Origin: Fimbriosthenelais zetlandica
Taxonomy: Eukaryota
Length of the DNA: 64,000 nt
Assembly (NCBI GenBank): GCA_977030845.1
Contig: OZ365111.1
Location: 20,088,001-20,152,000 of the forward strand
Reading direction: 5' to 3'
Shown: piece after piece, positions 1 to 26,539 of the stretch
How the letters are laid out: each line of letters opens with the position of its first letter
Position numbering within the stretch: the stretch's first letter is position 1
Program-made: the position numbers and the translations under genes
Notes under the pieces: generated by a model
What the model was told of the DNA's origin: nothing
Database searches by the model: none
What the model saw: only the letters and a program-made list of their open reading frames with translations

Positions 1-1386
1 CTGCAGCAGCCCCTCGCCCTCCACTGGCCACTTGGAGGGGGGGTCAGGATTATTGGAGAGAGACTTGTCTAAGTCTTTCTTTCATTAATCCTATTTTTTA
101 ATTGAACTGTTCAGTGAATAACTCTGCTGGTCAATCATAACAATGGCCTCTATTTAATGAGAAGATTGATTGCAAAATGAAATGTTCAGCTTCTTTTGAA
201 TGAAAGCAATGAAACATCTCTGGTAATTGAAGCATTTGAGTCCACATGTAACAGTGAAACTTATATGCCTCTCCTGGCACTGAGAGAATTAAGTTAAGTA
301 TAAAATAGAGAATATCTGAATCTACAATTTATAATACATATCCAAAGTGTAGTTGTGTTCTCTCATATTTAAAAACATCAGCCTGAAATTGATTACTTTG
401 ACACAATAAGTGATTATCCAAAAGAATAAAGAATAAATATAGCCAAGGGGTTTGTGGTCAAGTCTAGGGGGGTGACTCCAAATGGTGAGTGTATGCTTAG
501 AGGTCTCTGTTGCCATGGTAGCAGGTCGGCTGTGTGGGTGCAGGACTGGAGGATTAGTCGGGCCGTGTTTTGACAGTAATTAAGTAGGTCTAGTACAGCT
601 TCCTTGCTTAGAGACAAGAGTGTAGAAAGAAGTTTGAAAATGTTCACTTTACACATAGTGGAATAGGAATTACTAAAAGATGGATTTAGGTGTGGAGTTG
701 GTGTCTATGGGCCTAGAACTAAAGATTTTACTTTTTCTATGTTTGGAAAGCACTTAGTCCTGAGGAATTATGTCAAAAAGTTAATTTTTGAAATATTTAA
801 ATTTATTTTAACATAGAGTAACAGGCATTAAGAAGCGATGGATTTATATATTATTAAGTTTTTAGGTTTTTAAGGTTTTAAGTAGGTTTTTTTGGTACTC
901 ATCTATGATTTTCAGTCTACCTCTCAATACACATTTTTCTCTCACAGAGGTTCTTTGTTATGTACACAGGTTTTAGGCTGATTGTATTTGGCGACCTTGA
1001 CAGGAGGTAGATAATTGCCTTCAGTCTATTCCTATAAATTAATTCTATAATTATATTCTATATGAATCATCAACTGAATACTTGATCTCTAAAGATAAAC
1101 GCTGCCTGATTTAACGAGGTTTATCATTGAGGTGTGAGGATGTCTAGTAAAACTCCTGGGTATGTCATGATGATATTATAATGGCTTAGTGGAGTTTTAA
1201 ACCTTAGTCTGGCAGGGGAAATGGGATTATTAATGATTACTGGTAACATCATGGCTAGTTTGGACTAATTTTATTGCAATAAAATCCTTCTTTTTTGTTT
1301 CTCATGTTCCGGTAATTTTCAACAGTTTTTATGTTGAATAATGAACTTCTTTTTGCACTAAAATATTTCTATTTTTACAACCATAG

Positions 1387-13671
<12,285 letters not shown>

Positions 13672-16515
13672 AGCCACCACCAAATACCACTCAGGGTATG
13701 TAGGATGAGTTTATATAGGCCTGAATGCCACCTAATACACACCACTCAAGGATAAAAAATAACTGGCATCTTTCTCGTTGTATCTGGGTAGGGGTGATGA
13801 AACCACCCTGAAAAAACCCTAGACAGTGTGATTCTTTTAGTGTCAAAGGACAAATTATAGTGCTTAGAAATGCTGGATTCACCACATTTTACCCCTGTTG
13901 TATAAATTGTCCATGGGGGTCTGTTTTGGACAACAATTTGCATCCTATCCAACCCTTTTTCCTCCTCCTCTCCCCCCCTTTGTGTTTCATGTAATTATTT
14001 TAGTCGGTTTGCTTGTAGGAGTTAAGCCATTAACCTAACTAACTCTATCTCTCTTTCTCTCTCTCATTTTTGTTGTCAATTGAACAAATGTGATCCGCCA
14101 AACTGGTAATGAAAGCGGAGCTAGGTTATTTTAATGGAGCAATGATGAAGGCAGGTTCCTTGAAAAATAATTAAGAACAATTCTTGCATTTCTTTTTCAA
14201 GGTTGGATTTTTTCTGTGATAATAGCTTTGGTGGTAGAAGAGAAGAGAGCCACTATAGTTATAAGTGGGATGTTCAGAGTCATGATTTCGACATAAGAAT
14301 TACTGAGTAGCTCAGAGAACTTTCATTTTCAAATCTAAAATCTAAAATAGAGCTCTGTATAGAATGCATTTAAATATCATATGTTAAAACATGTTGAGAG
14401 TAATAAAGACAAATCTAAGCTATCTATAGTAGGTGCTACAGTATTGACATGAATGTGTATTTTCCCCTTGTAAAAGAATCAGCTCAGCTGTGAACTTCCT
14501 ATAAATCAATATTCAAACGTGTAAGCAATCGTGAATGCTGAAATCTTTATCCGGAGGCATGGCCGCATTGTGTGTTAAATATGCAATTGAAACATATTGC
14601 GGAAATAAGACTACTTATATTAACCTGTTATATCTATTAATTATAATGTACAGTTGTTGCCATCCCATGTCATTGTATCTCATGAGAGAATATTTTGAGA
14701 TACTCTTCCACTGTGAAGTACTAGTCTCATTGTTATGCAGTCACCACCCGAAATGCTTAGAATAATCAATTCCCAGTTGCTGTGCGGAAACACAGAACTA
14801 TAAAATTATGAAATGAAAAACTTCTCCGATATTGATGTTAGGTACTCCTTTTCAGAAACCTCTATACTTAGAAGGTGTTCAGTGATTTGTCGTTTTTGAC
14901 TGATTCAGTCGATTATTCAAATCTGCTCTCTATCTAAGCAAATAATTAATATATATGTGGAAAAACGGTTGTTATTGTGGGCTTTCAATGTATTTTCTCT
15001 AGGTAGATCCCAAAGTTTCACTTCATTTCTGTAGATCTTAATTGAACTGCTGTGTAAACCTTTTTTTCTATAGAACCATATAGGTCTGTTCTTCCATTCG
15101 TCCAAATCTTTGTTACAGATTTAGAATTCATGATAAGATTAGTTTTTTTGGTCTCATAGGGCTTTGATGCAAATGAGCAGGATGACAGAAAAGGGCAAAA
15201 GATCTGCTGGGGTTGCTCAATGAAATAAAAATGTTTTGTGGTGAAAATTGTTTCAAGAGTACCTGAACTGTGATGGCATGCTCTCAGAGTGGATCCACAT
15301 CAGTCCCTCTGGGATTTTTTCAGTTTTATTTTGTCATAACGTCCATATGTATGTATGTGTAACTAAAGGATTATATGCACCAACTTACCAACACCCTTCA
15401 CCACCGTATCCTCCTCTGAAGTAAGTCTGTACATTTCTCTTAAAACTCCGTTACTGTGAATTAAGTGATAAACAAGACACTAAAAAATCATAAAAACTAC
15501 TAATAACTTGAGGATGAAGAAGACCGGTGAGAACAACTTATTGTTGTCTTGAAAATACCATGCTTATATCCTGACGTTTTCATATGTCATTTCTGGAAAT
15601 GTATATATAATATTTTTGATTTCCATCAAATCTCGCATGACAATGGTTAGCGTAATGTGTTAATTTTCATTGTTTATGCTGATCATGATCTTGGAAATTT
15701 TAACCATGATTTGTAGCTATGATTCAGTATGTATTGTGGGACAAACCAAATGAATAGACATCACATATATGTTATTTACATGGGTATTTGTTATCTGAGT
15801 CACAGTATATAAATATAATATATACACAATTCGTTGGAATGTTGTGCCAAAATAAACTTGGTTGATATTTTTCGCTTCCTATCTCAATGTTTATACACAA
15901 TATGGTGAAATGCCCGTAGAGAGAGAGAGAGCTTAACTTCCATGCCCTTTTATTGTGCATCGCTGTTCTTGCACTGCGGCATAGTTCTATTGTTCCATCA
16001 GTATTAGCATGCCATGGTCCATTCAGATCTCGCCTTAAATAGCTTCAATCAGATCTTTAAATAATAGCGAATAATAGTAATTATTGTGTTTATCTCTGCA
16101 TTTTGTATTCCCATTTTGTTTCCTTGGATGTTGACTGTGTTAGTGAGAACAAAATTATTATTGAAGAGTGTCTGCTATACGTATTAGTGAGTAAATTAGT
16201 CTCACTATGACATTTCTCGATCGTGATCCTTTCATGCTTGATTAAGTATATACGACACTTATTTTCCCCCTCGGGGGAATGCTGTTTACCCTAGTTGAAA
16301 TAAATGTAACATTAGAACTAATTTGATTTTGTCATTTTGTGTATAATACACCCAGTTCTATTATATATACATGTATTATACACAGCAGCTAAGACCCAGC
16401 GAGCACATGACGTTTTCCCAGCGTTGTTGCACACTTTTGTAGACATCAGTCACTTTTCAGCAGACCTACACATTCTTCCTAAACCCTGTAAGGGTGAATC
16501 AATAAGGATTAATTA

Positions 16516-16985
16516 ACATGGCCGTCAGCTTGCCAGTGGCTGGGAGGCTTTAAACTTCAGCTGGCGTCAGTTCACTTCTGGATCTGATGTTAGATTTCAC
16601 TGAACTGAACTAAACTCTCTTTTTAAGATCTGTTCTACACTTTTGCCTTCTTTCCTATTTCCACCATTAAAGGCAGTCTCTCCCTACATCTGTCTCCTCT
16701 TTCCTTTTTTCCGTTCGTCTGTTGGTGCCCAGATGTGAAACAACGCACCAGGCTTATATACTCCAAGGGCCACCTGGAGAAGGATTGTGCTTTAAGGTAC
16801 CGTGGCCATTAACCGGAGTACCTCGATGTCCCATGCGTCAGTTGGGATCCTGAAACGTTCTACCTTACCCTTCTAGTACCCCTATATCCGCCACCAGATG
16901 GCGCCACCAACGGTATTATTTCTGTACTCTATTTGAAAGTCAAATAAAATGCAACAAACATATAAAAAATACATGGCCGTCAGCT
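16516..16985. repeat. 440-bp segment flanked by a perfect 15-bp direct repeat (acatggccgtcagct)
   Basis: Repeat copies at 16516-16530 and 16971-16985; A-rich tract just inside the right copy. Confidence 0.7.
16889..16906 (+). promoter_or_regulatory. Consensus CTCF-type motif between convergent genes
   Basis: cgCCACCAGATGGCGCca matches the CTCF core CCASYAGRKGGCRS. Confidence 0.55.
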
Positions 16986-16997
16986 ATCCAGATTGTA

Positions 16998-17003
16998 TTT
17001 ATT
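16998..17003 (-). terminator. Probable polyadenylation signal of the M28B peptidase gene
   Basis: AATAAA on the minus strand ~525 nt past the stop, followed on that strand by a U/GU-rich tract (atttttatatgtttgttgcatttt). Confidence 0.5.
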
Positions 17004-17528
17004 GATCACACATCACGTAGTTTGTACCTCGAGACTATTAGGCCCACTCTTACCATTCATCTTGAAAATCACAGACACGAATCTTCCCCATTTTCACCTT
17101 AGAATACATTATATACACACCTCTTCACAGAGAATATACATAATACAGCTTAGCTGGCCTTGCATACATGTAACATACACGTTTTCAATAGTTCTCTAAA
17201 CATCCACTAGTTGTCACTCTAAGCATCATATACACATCGGCTTAGTATTAGTTGTCAACGATGGCTTGACTTGACGTCAACCCTTCGCCTTGCCGCCGAG
17301 ACCCCGCTCTTCATGCTGAACAAGGCATTTGAATCAGCTCAATGAAAGCACCCAAGAATAGTTCATCATTCAACATTTCGTAATTTACAGATCAATGATA
17401 ATTTACTTGGGATGCCCAGATGTGGGAAGAAGCAGGAGATGGTCAGAGGCAAAATGGATATTGTGAACGCATTAGCATATGATTATATGGAAATTGAATA
17501 TTTTAGTTCTTGTGAAGGTTTTTTTCTG

Positions 17529-20500
17529 TTAAACATTTAACATGTCAGTGGCTGCATGGAGAGCAGAACAGAGAGTGGCCACCTCCAGAGTGACCCTGGC
17601 CAGCACCTTGTCAGGCACTGTATCATACAGGAAATATGGCTTCAGTTTTTCATCACAGAATATATCCTTGATTCCTGGGAATCCATTCACATTGATGCAA
17701 GAAGATATGCCAGGTGACTGCATTACATGGCTGGAAATGAAGGAGAAATATATGTTAATGACCCGTGTATAGGCTAATTGATTTACAGTGTTGCATAATC
17801 CAGTGTTTTTCAAGCAAACAGCTAGCAAAATCAGGTTAGCATAAGGCATTCCAAATACATTTATGCCAGCTACTGCAAGCGATTCACTTGAATAATGGAT
17901 AATGCTAGTGTTTGTGGGTTTATGCAATACCCTCAATACCTCAAGGTAACTGAATGAGGTCAATTAAGACACCCATTATATTTCACCAATAAGATCGTTT
18001 TACCATCAAAACAATTAAAAACATTGCTTTGGATCTTGGGTTGTGTATTATGAAGTAAAAGAAATGGCTCTGATTATACACCCAGTTTTAATACACATTT
18101 TCCAGCTTTGCCCACTAAGCAAAAAACGTCGACGCAACGGCAACGTTTTATGGATGCTTGATGTGCTTGTTGAATCTGAGACATACCTAGAACGTTTTAG
18201 AAACGTTGGGTAAATACGTTGTAGGCTATGTATAAAACTTACTGGAAGATGGGGTCCTTATCTTGCTGCGACCAGCGCAGGTCGATGAAGGCTCTTTCCA
18301 GCAGCATGAGTTGATCATTGATTTGACGCAAGGCATAAGGGCTAGAAGAGAGAGAGAGAGAGAGTAATTTGGTCATGCTTTTGTACCATGAAACTGAATA
18401 TTGATTAGTTTCATTTGCAAACTGTGAGGTGTACATAATTTGACTTACTTTGACTTGTCCACCACTTTTATTTTCTCCCTCATGTGCCGCGCATCTACAC
18501 TAAAATTATGAACGCAGTATCCTAATTTTTCTGAAAGAGAGATACGTTTTTAAATGTATGCCAAACCAGTGAAGTTTGAGTAAAGCATAATTTTCACTTA
18601 TGATTTAATATATTCTCACCTATTAGTTTGGAACCCTGTGGGGTTTGGAACCAGTAATACTGAGACATATACCCAACTAAGTACTCAAATTCCTTCTCTA
18701 TTTGTGACGCACCAGGCGTGACATCTAGTGGCAGAATGAGCGAATCAGAGAGGAGCAAGACCATGTGACCATGCAGTCGACCAATCAGCTGATGGTATTC
18801 AAATGTGGGGTCCATGTGATGTTTGACATAGTCAAAGAGGTCATACTCTGTATGATATGCAGGATAGAATGGGAATAATGTCTGTAATAGATAATAGATA
18901 ATAGATAGTCATAGTAGATCAGAGACAGTCATATAGATAATAAACAGACATTTGCATAAATGTCATAGTATAGGGGCCTACATATATGTGGATCCTATAT
19001 CCATAAATTAGATTCTAGATTATTTAGCTATCCCAGGGTAATAGTTGTGATCAAAAGATTAATATGTAGCCACATTTTTCATTGATAAATGTTTTTGGAC
19101 ATTAAATGATTGAAGATTGCTACCTTTTTATTTGCACTTGTAACTGTGAGGGAAGGCACGCCAACCAGGTAATAAAATGGCTTGAAGTCTGAATTAGGCT
19201 GAAGAGGCCATATACTGGAATAGAGAATAATCGTTATAATCCCCAACAAAGCCATCAATATTACCGCGTGAAAATGTCTGATGTCAATTCTATTGTTGTC
19301 TCATACATACCCTATCGACTGGTTAGCCCATGCCATATATAGTGTGGAATACGTTGGATGAGGCACCTGCATAGACAAATATACATGTCCATGTTAGTTT
19401 TTAGAACATATCTAAAATCAATTTTGACTGGAAAATTGCAAGTCAATTTAGAGAGTCAGATAGGACCTTCCTACTTTGGTGGCAGCTTGGAAGAGTGTAC
19501 TGAATAAAGTGCTACTGGCTTTGGCAATGATGGGGCCTGAACCCAGGACAACCACATCAAGGTTCAAATAGGCCACGGCTTTGTGAGAAAGGATGTTAAA
19601 CTTCTCCTGAAATCAAAGGTTGTAATTCAAATTTATAACGAATAATTTAATACATTGAACAGAAAAGTGAACAGTTTACAAAGTGAATATAGCCTAGCTA
19701 GTCCAGGCCTATCCTGAGAAACGAGTTAATATAGATCTATATATAGTATTATACTTGGAAATATATTTCTAATAAATTACATTTAAAAATCATGAAATAA
19801 TCAAATATTAATCAAACATACTTCAACCCACTCTGTGGATCCAATTAGTCCAAATTCCTCAGCTCCCCAGGATGCAAATATAATGGTCCTCCTCGGTCTC
19901 CATCCTAAATAAATATATTGTAAATGGATTTTTATATTTATGTTTTGAAGCTTCATTAATCTAGATTATTAAAGATTACAGCCCTAATGCAATACGGTAA
20001 TATAAAGCAATAATTCTGGCGTTCATGGCCGATAAAGGAAACCATATTGGTAATTTAAGTGGGTAGCCTATGTGTTACTTCTATATATGTTTAAGCATTC
20101 ACTATAGAACTACTGAGCTCCAGCTAAAGTAGGTAAACCATTAAATAGATGTTGTAGGCTTAAAGCTTGGGAGTGATTTATGTACCGTGTTTTGTAATGA
20201 GCTCGCCTAAAGCCCTGGAGATTTCCAGCATGACAGCTGTGCCTCCTCCCGGGTCCACAGCTCCCTTACCCCAGGCATCCCGGTGATTCCCTATCATCAC
20301 CAAACGATCTGAAAAAAAAATTAGTATACGTCTTTATATGAAAACAAGCTCGTAAAAAGACTATATGCTGATCACATCCACATCCTTATACTAGATGTGC
20401 ATATAAGTATAGCCTTTTTATATAAGGTCAATCCGTATCATACTTCAGCATGAATGTTTAATTTAAATGACAGTCGAGCCGCGAGCATGACAGATACATA

Positions 20501-23500
20501 TATTTTACTCTTTTCATTGGTTAATCCAATACACTCGCCACGATACCCGATACAACAACTTTCCATGTGCCTCTTTGGCTTGAAATTCTCACTCATTAAT
20601 CGACCAAGGTTGTGAACTACATGTTTACCGGTATATAGGAGCTCCTCCCCTTTCAGAGGATCAAACACACGTTTGCCCCCACACACACCCCCCCCCCCCA
20701 ATTTTCCCAGAACTCCCCCACTCCCTACCATCTTTCCAAAATCCTGAATTCCACCCCTGATATTATGATCAATGAAGGTACATGTAGTATAAAGAAAGCT
20801 ACCTGGTTCTATGGCCCCTTTGATGATGGCGAAGACATTATGAATGTCTCTCTTCTTGAGACGGTTGTTCACTATTAGCCTCACCCGTCTATAGAAAAGG
20901 CAGGGAAAATCAATACACAATCTTTAATTAGCCTCATAGCATTTTATGATCCTGTAAAAGACATAAAACAGTCATAATGATAAATCAAAGTCTTTAGGAA
21001 GATAAAAGTGGTACTACTACTCTTTTCTAGTGTGATACTTAAGTACTTTCTTCATATGATAGCTAGGCTTTCTTACAATGATATAATGCAATGTTTCATT
21101 ATGTAGCCTTGCAAGGGGTATTATTAGTGTCTTAACTATTTGATCAATATACCAGTGAAAACATCCTAAGATCAAACGAAGGTGGGTCTAGATTGAGTAC
21201 CCGGCATGCCTCCTTGAACAAAATTGAAGAGCCTTGAAAATGACCTTTAAGCTTTGGGGTCTGATTGTCACTAGTATGATATTGAATTTTTAGGTGCTGA
21301 TATTAGTGTTCAATATTAAGGATATTAGGCCATGGAGCTTCAGTATTGGGGGCATATTTATAGACCTAATAAACGTGTGCTATTTGATCAGTACCTGTTA
21401 TTTCGCAACCTGCCTCCTATACGTTTATGTTGATTGTCGTCCACCCAGCCCTTCTGCCAGTTAAACCATTGTTCCGGTCCAGCTGGTTTCGGTTCAGACA
21501 TGAAGCCTAGTAAAGCTATGGCGCCGTCAGCACTTATAGGCTGCACAGGAATGGGCGTTAATACATAACGATCGATCTCTTCTTTTGGTCTTAAAGGGGC
21601 ATAATCTAAAAATAAAGGTAAATAGGCCCAATCTTAAAAACGTTAATAAGACATGAATCTATTTTTTTTCTCGGGGAGAGTGCACCTGCGTCACTGGTTC
21701 ATTTCCATATACTACTCACTACTTGAAGCTCATCTTATATGGTGAGATAAGACATATTCCCCTTATAATGTAAAACAATGCCAAGATACCATTGTTTTCT
21801 AATGCCCGCATAACTTTTGCCTACTACTTAAGAATGAAAGGTTTATTAAGCCTAGGCTATATTTAATTCCCCAAGGGCTCTTATGACCCTTCCCGTTATC
21901 AATTTAATTCATCTTTTCATTTGATTTTCTCCTATTGATGGTATTATTATACTAGAATACCTTTGGCTGCGTATCCTGGTGTGAGTGGATCGCCATTGAT
22001 ACTGTACATGCCCCCACGTTGGGTGGCGTCCCCGGGTAACCACCAAGTCCGCGGGTAGGTGGCGCTCCGTCCGTCGGGCGCATTCAGGGCCATATCCGGA
22101 AAGATGAGCAAACCCAGAGCCCCGTATTCAGCTGCTATTTCCACCTAGACAAGCAAACACAGCCAGCTCTCTCAGGTGGAATAACTACCTTTATGGGGCG
22201 GCCTAAAGGAAGGAAATGATGGGCAGTGTGGCGCAACAGAGCAAAAACGGATATTAACCACAGTCAACCCGATTCTGTGGGCAGTATTGAGATCCTTGGT
22301 ATATGAAAGAAAAACACTAAAACAAGACTAAACCACATGATGTGTTGAAACGGGTAGGCCTATATTTTGAGCAGGGCGGGATGGGGGTGGGTGGGGAGGG
22401 GTTGGGGGCTGACTAGGTAGGCCTAACTATTAGATCTAATCTATAATGTACAAACATATATAAGCTATACTGTATACTTTTTCTGATATTAATATCACAA
22501 TATACATAGGCCTACCTTTTTGAATCTTGATATGCCACCGGAGCGCGTTAAAACTATTTTCCCGGAGATATTCATTAAGTAAACGGATTGTAGATATTCA
22601 TAATCACTGTAATTCCCATAATTTGCATACACTAGGTCGCCCTGAAAGGAAAGGAATTCAAAAATTCAAAATACTTTTTTAATAGATTGCTGACAGAAAA
22701 TTTAAGATTTAAATGACATCATTTCTGGTTCTATATATATGGGCTACATATGGACGTCTCCAGAATTGAAAAGCAAGTGCAATAGAAAGGTAAATGCAAT
22801 AGAAAAATATGATATATAAATGACGACATTTCTGGTTTCATATTATACTTTTGGATGTCTGTCTAGAATTGAAAAGTAAGAATCCCTCCACTGACCTCCA
22901 CCCTTCCCGGTCGTGAGTAGGCCAGATAAGGAAGCGTGGCGCCCTCTGGATCATCATAAGGAGAAACAGGAACCTCCGTATCACGTGAGTTGAATATCAC
23001 ATGACCTTCAGAATCCACGACCTCAACCTGGGAGATCGAAGGTTAAATCTAGATCAAGTTAGAGATAGTTTCTATACCAACACGAATGCTTATATTGGTC
23101 TAAGATCTGTTTTAGTCAATGTAAGTTAGCCTATCTATTGGCTTTATACAATGAACAAAATTAAAAGGACCTATAAGCAAAAATATACGCATAATTACTA
23201 TTCATAATGTCACATAAAAGTACAGGTATGCCGGAAGTGCACATACGCCAGAAGACATAATTATTGGCAACGGTATTCAATTTTTGCACTCAAGAAATGG
23301 GTAGGCACTGCATCAACCCCCATCTCCCTTTCCTTCCAGACTACCACGGTGCCTATAGCTGGCCCTCTCTCCCTCACTCAATCCATTTACTCAACCCATT
23401 GGCTAATGCAGCACAAGATGAAGGAATAAGAACTTAAAGCCTGGCTCTATTTTTCTTACCCTGTTCGGATCACTATGATTGCCGGGGTAGGATAATAATG

Positions 23501-24530
23501 TTGGGTAGCTCTCGATCCCAGCGTTGTCCAGCCCATAACTCATCCACAGTCCTTTCAAAATCTCCGCCTGCTCTAAATCCATCGCTGTTCCCGCGACGCG
23601 ATTTTTCTCTGTGAGCCATCTAGAAAGAAGCAAGCCATCACCATCATCCTCCAAACATGGCCAGCACTTTGTTGATCATTTGCCCGGCAAAGTTTCCAAT
23701 GCTTGGCAGGCTAATGATACCAGAAAACGCCCCATTTGCCATTCAATTTGATTTTCCATAGAAAAAGGACATGCAGCTCTCTCTAGCGAATCATAGTCCG
23801 AGTGGTTCGGATTCCATTCACTAGATTACCGTTAGTGATTGATGATAGCTATGCGGTCTTTTGGATGCGGGGAATCAGAGGAGAAAATGCTTTAGATAGG
23901 ATACAGATATATTTTTGAGCCTCTGCATTTGTAACTTTAAATAAACGAGAACAGTAATTAAGGGATACTGAATAATCATCCATGTAGGCCTATGTACACC
24001 AGGTGTAAAACCAGATTTTTTTTATTGGGGCCGTGGGTCATATGAAAGGGTGGGTGGTCAGACCTGTGAGAACAATTAAATTAGTCTTTGAATTAAATTA
24101 ATTTTGAGGAGAACAGTCTTATACATGAAGGGGAATCCGCCCCCGCCCCCGCCCCCGCCCCCACCCCCTGGGAGTCCAGGCATTGACACAAACGTTCATA
24201 ACTTTCATTGAAGAAATCCAAATTACCATTCAATCAATGAAGACAAATTCAATTACTTAAATAAAATGAAAAGCTGTTTACTTTAAGTTATGTTCTATCC
24301 GCGGGGCTTTGATCTCTGCCATCATGGCGTCCACCATTGCTGGGTCGAGGTCACGTGCCCAGGCAGCGTTTGTCTCGCCATTTTGAGCGCCCTTCTCCGA
24401 GCTGCTCAGCTGACCACGACGGCCAACCAACCAACCCAAGAGGAAACCTACCAGCGTTCCTATGACAACAAAACTGACCGTGGCCAGAAGGCATTTCCTG
24501 ATGTCCAGTCCATATGGGCTGACCTGTTTC
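17529..24530 (-). CDS. FOLH1-like: Glutamate carboxypeptidase II / NAALADase-like type II membrane metallopeptidase (M28B); start-codon exon not located
   Basis: Phase-consistent exons: 24282-24530, 23460-23619, 22896-23027, 22516-22641, 21961-22144, 21395-21605, 20803-20888, 20186-20308, 19822-19904, 19475-19606, 19311-19366, 19124-19214, 18620-18881, 18449-18530, 18243-18341, 17529-17730 (2278 nt). Signal anchor [24 protein letters not shown]; PA-domain GDLVYANYG and NGDPLTPGY; catalytic [47 protein letters not shown]; dimerisation domain [18 protein letters not shown]. Confidence 0.96.
22710..22880. repeat. Diverged ~65-bp direct duplication in a peptidase intron
   Basis: taaatgac...atttctggtt...agaattgaaaag at 22710-22777 and 22817-22880. 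Confidence 0.7.
24139..24168. repeat. (GCCCCC)4-ACCCCC run; five G5 tracts on the minus strand
   Basis: Directly visible hexamer repeat in a peptidase intron. Confidence 0.85.
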
Positions 24531-26539
24531 CTGTAAGCAGAAATAGCACCAGTTCTATCAAAGTTGAACCGACAGGAGGATTTATTTCATGAAGTAGAAT
24601 TGCACTGGAAAATTGTATTGGGCATTTTAACTATATTCCAGTCACCATTGGCGCCCGTACAATCAATTACCCAATGTTATATCGTGTTTGTTAGGGAATA
24701 AAAAGCGACTGATAATATCCATAATACAGCCTAGCCGATTGTGCATACATCGATTAGGCCTATTGTTTCTCTTTTCAGCGTGCGTTAGCCTAGATATATG
24801 CACATTGAAGAGGAAAATGCACAATACTTTTTGTGCATTATCCACGATAATGCACGCTGAATAAAACACTATAAGTTATTCATGTTAATGGCTTGATAGC
24901 ATCTTTTGCCATCAAAATGTGGTCCAAAACATTCGTTAATTAACAAATAAATTAGATAATTATGATCAACTACATTTCACGCCCAGACACACATGCAGAG
25001 ATTATCTATATAGGGATGGAACCTTGTTTCCGTCTCATATGTAGCACAAGTGGCGATATTATTTAAAGCTACCAGAATAAACAGCTTAAATGGAGAGAGA
25101 AGCATAGGAGCACTGTAATTATGAGGACTTGTTTATTTCCTGACGACCCGTACGTAGTTTTAATGGGAGGGATTTTTAATTCAGAGTGCTCGGCGCTGCA
25201 TGGGCAATATGAAAAAACCTAATGAGCTCCGGCACACTTACATTATTTATTAGACATTCGCATGAGAAATCAGTGTATCGAAACAATTTCTTGTCATGAA
25301 ATATAATGCTCTATATATGGAAAGTAAATTACATTTTTGTCATGAATGGAACTCTTTTAAAATAGCCCTGATGCCATCCAATATATTAGCCTATATATAT
25401 TGTTAATGAATGTCTAATTTCTTAACATACATATTCAGTCCAATATCCATATCCACTATATTTGACTATTCTTTGATTCGATCAAATATATAAAATCAGT
25501 TTGGTTCTTCCCTCACATACAGCTCCTCCGTTCACCAATACCCCACCAATTCTTCAGATGCATCCTGATCACATAATAATGATTTATTAAGTTTTTTTTT
25601 CTCCCTCCCCACTGTTCTCAGAGTTATTGATAGTGTTTTAAGTGACCGTTTCTTTTGCTTTGCAAGATGGCGTGGATTTATATGAAAGACTAACAGGATA
25701 CAGTCTCTTTGATTTTTTATGTTCCTCCGAGACGAGCTCCGATTCTCAAAGACTCTAAATGGGCTCTACAACCTTCGATAGTGGATAAAGTGAAGGAGTA
25801 TACGGGACGTCTGAGATTCCATTTCTCAGTGGCTATTACTTCATTAATGATAAAGATTAAATTATCTTTCTATACGACCTATATATGATGGGTAACACTT
25901 GAAAATAATATAGACACCCCAGGAGCTTATGACACATGTGTCCTTGCAAGGGCATATATAGGCCTACGTAAAGCTAGTTCATGATCGGTATGAGATCTTA
26001 GTACTAATAGTAGGCCTATAGAATCTTATCAAACTTTGATCATCAGAAATGCAATGGGTTACGTTTCCTGATTTTACAATTCTTTCACTGAATAGCACAT
26101 TTATAATAGAATTCAAATGATCGATTCTGATATACCAACCAGAGTACAGTGCATGATCGCTAGGAGTTTGAACCTTGGTTTGTCCTCATTTAACCCCGGT
26201 TGTTCTTCAAGGTATGCCCTGAGCGCTCTTCCATGCAATTCAGTTCATTATTGATGAGGAAAGGTGAATCTTAAGTATGGAAGGGAGCTACTAAGAGCAT
26301 TGAAGGATGGAGGAGGAAGGGAAGGATCACCAGTGCTATACCACTCGACTCCGTGCAGTTCATAAAGTCTCCTGAACTGCCGAAGTCTACAAACAACTAT
26401 AACTGCACTCGGAACTTTTTTTATTTTTTTATTTAGGATATTTATACAGCGAACAAAGGGTCGTAGGCTCACGGGGCACAATGAATGTGGCTATTCCATG
26501 GTATTCTGCCTATTGCTGTCTTCTAGGTGCAGACTAGAG

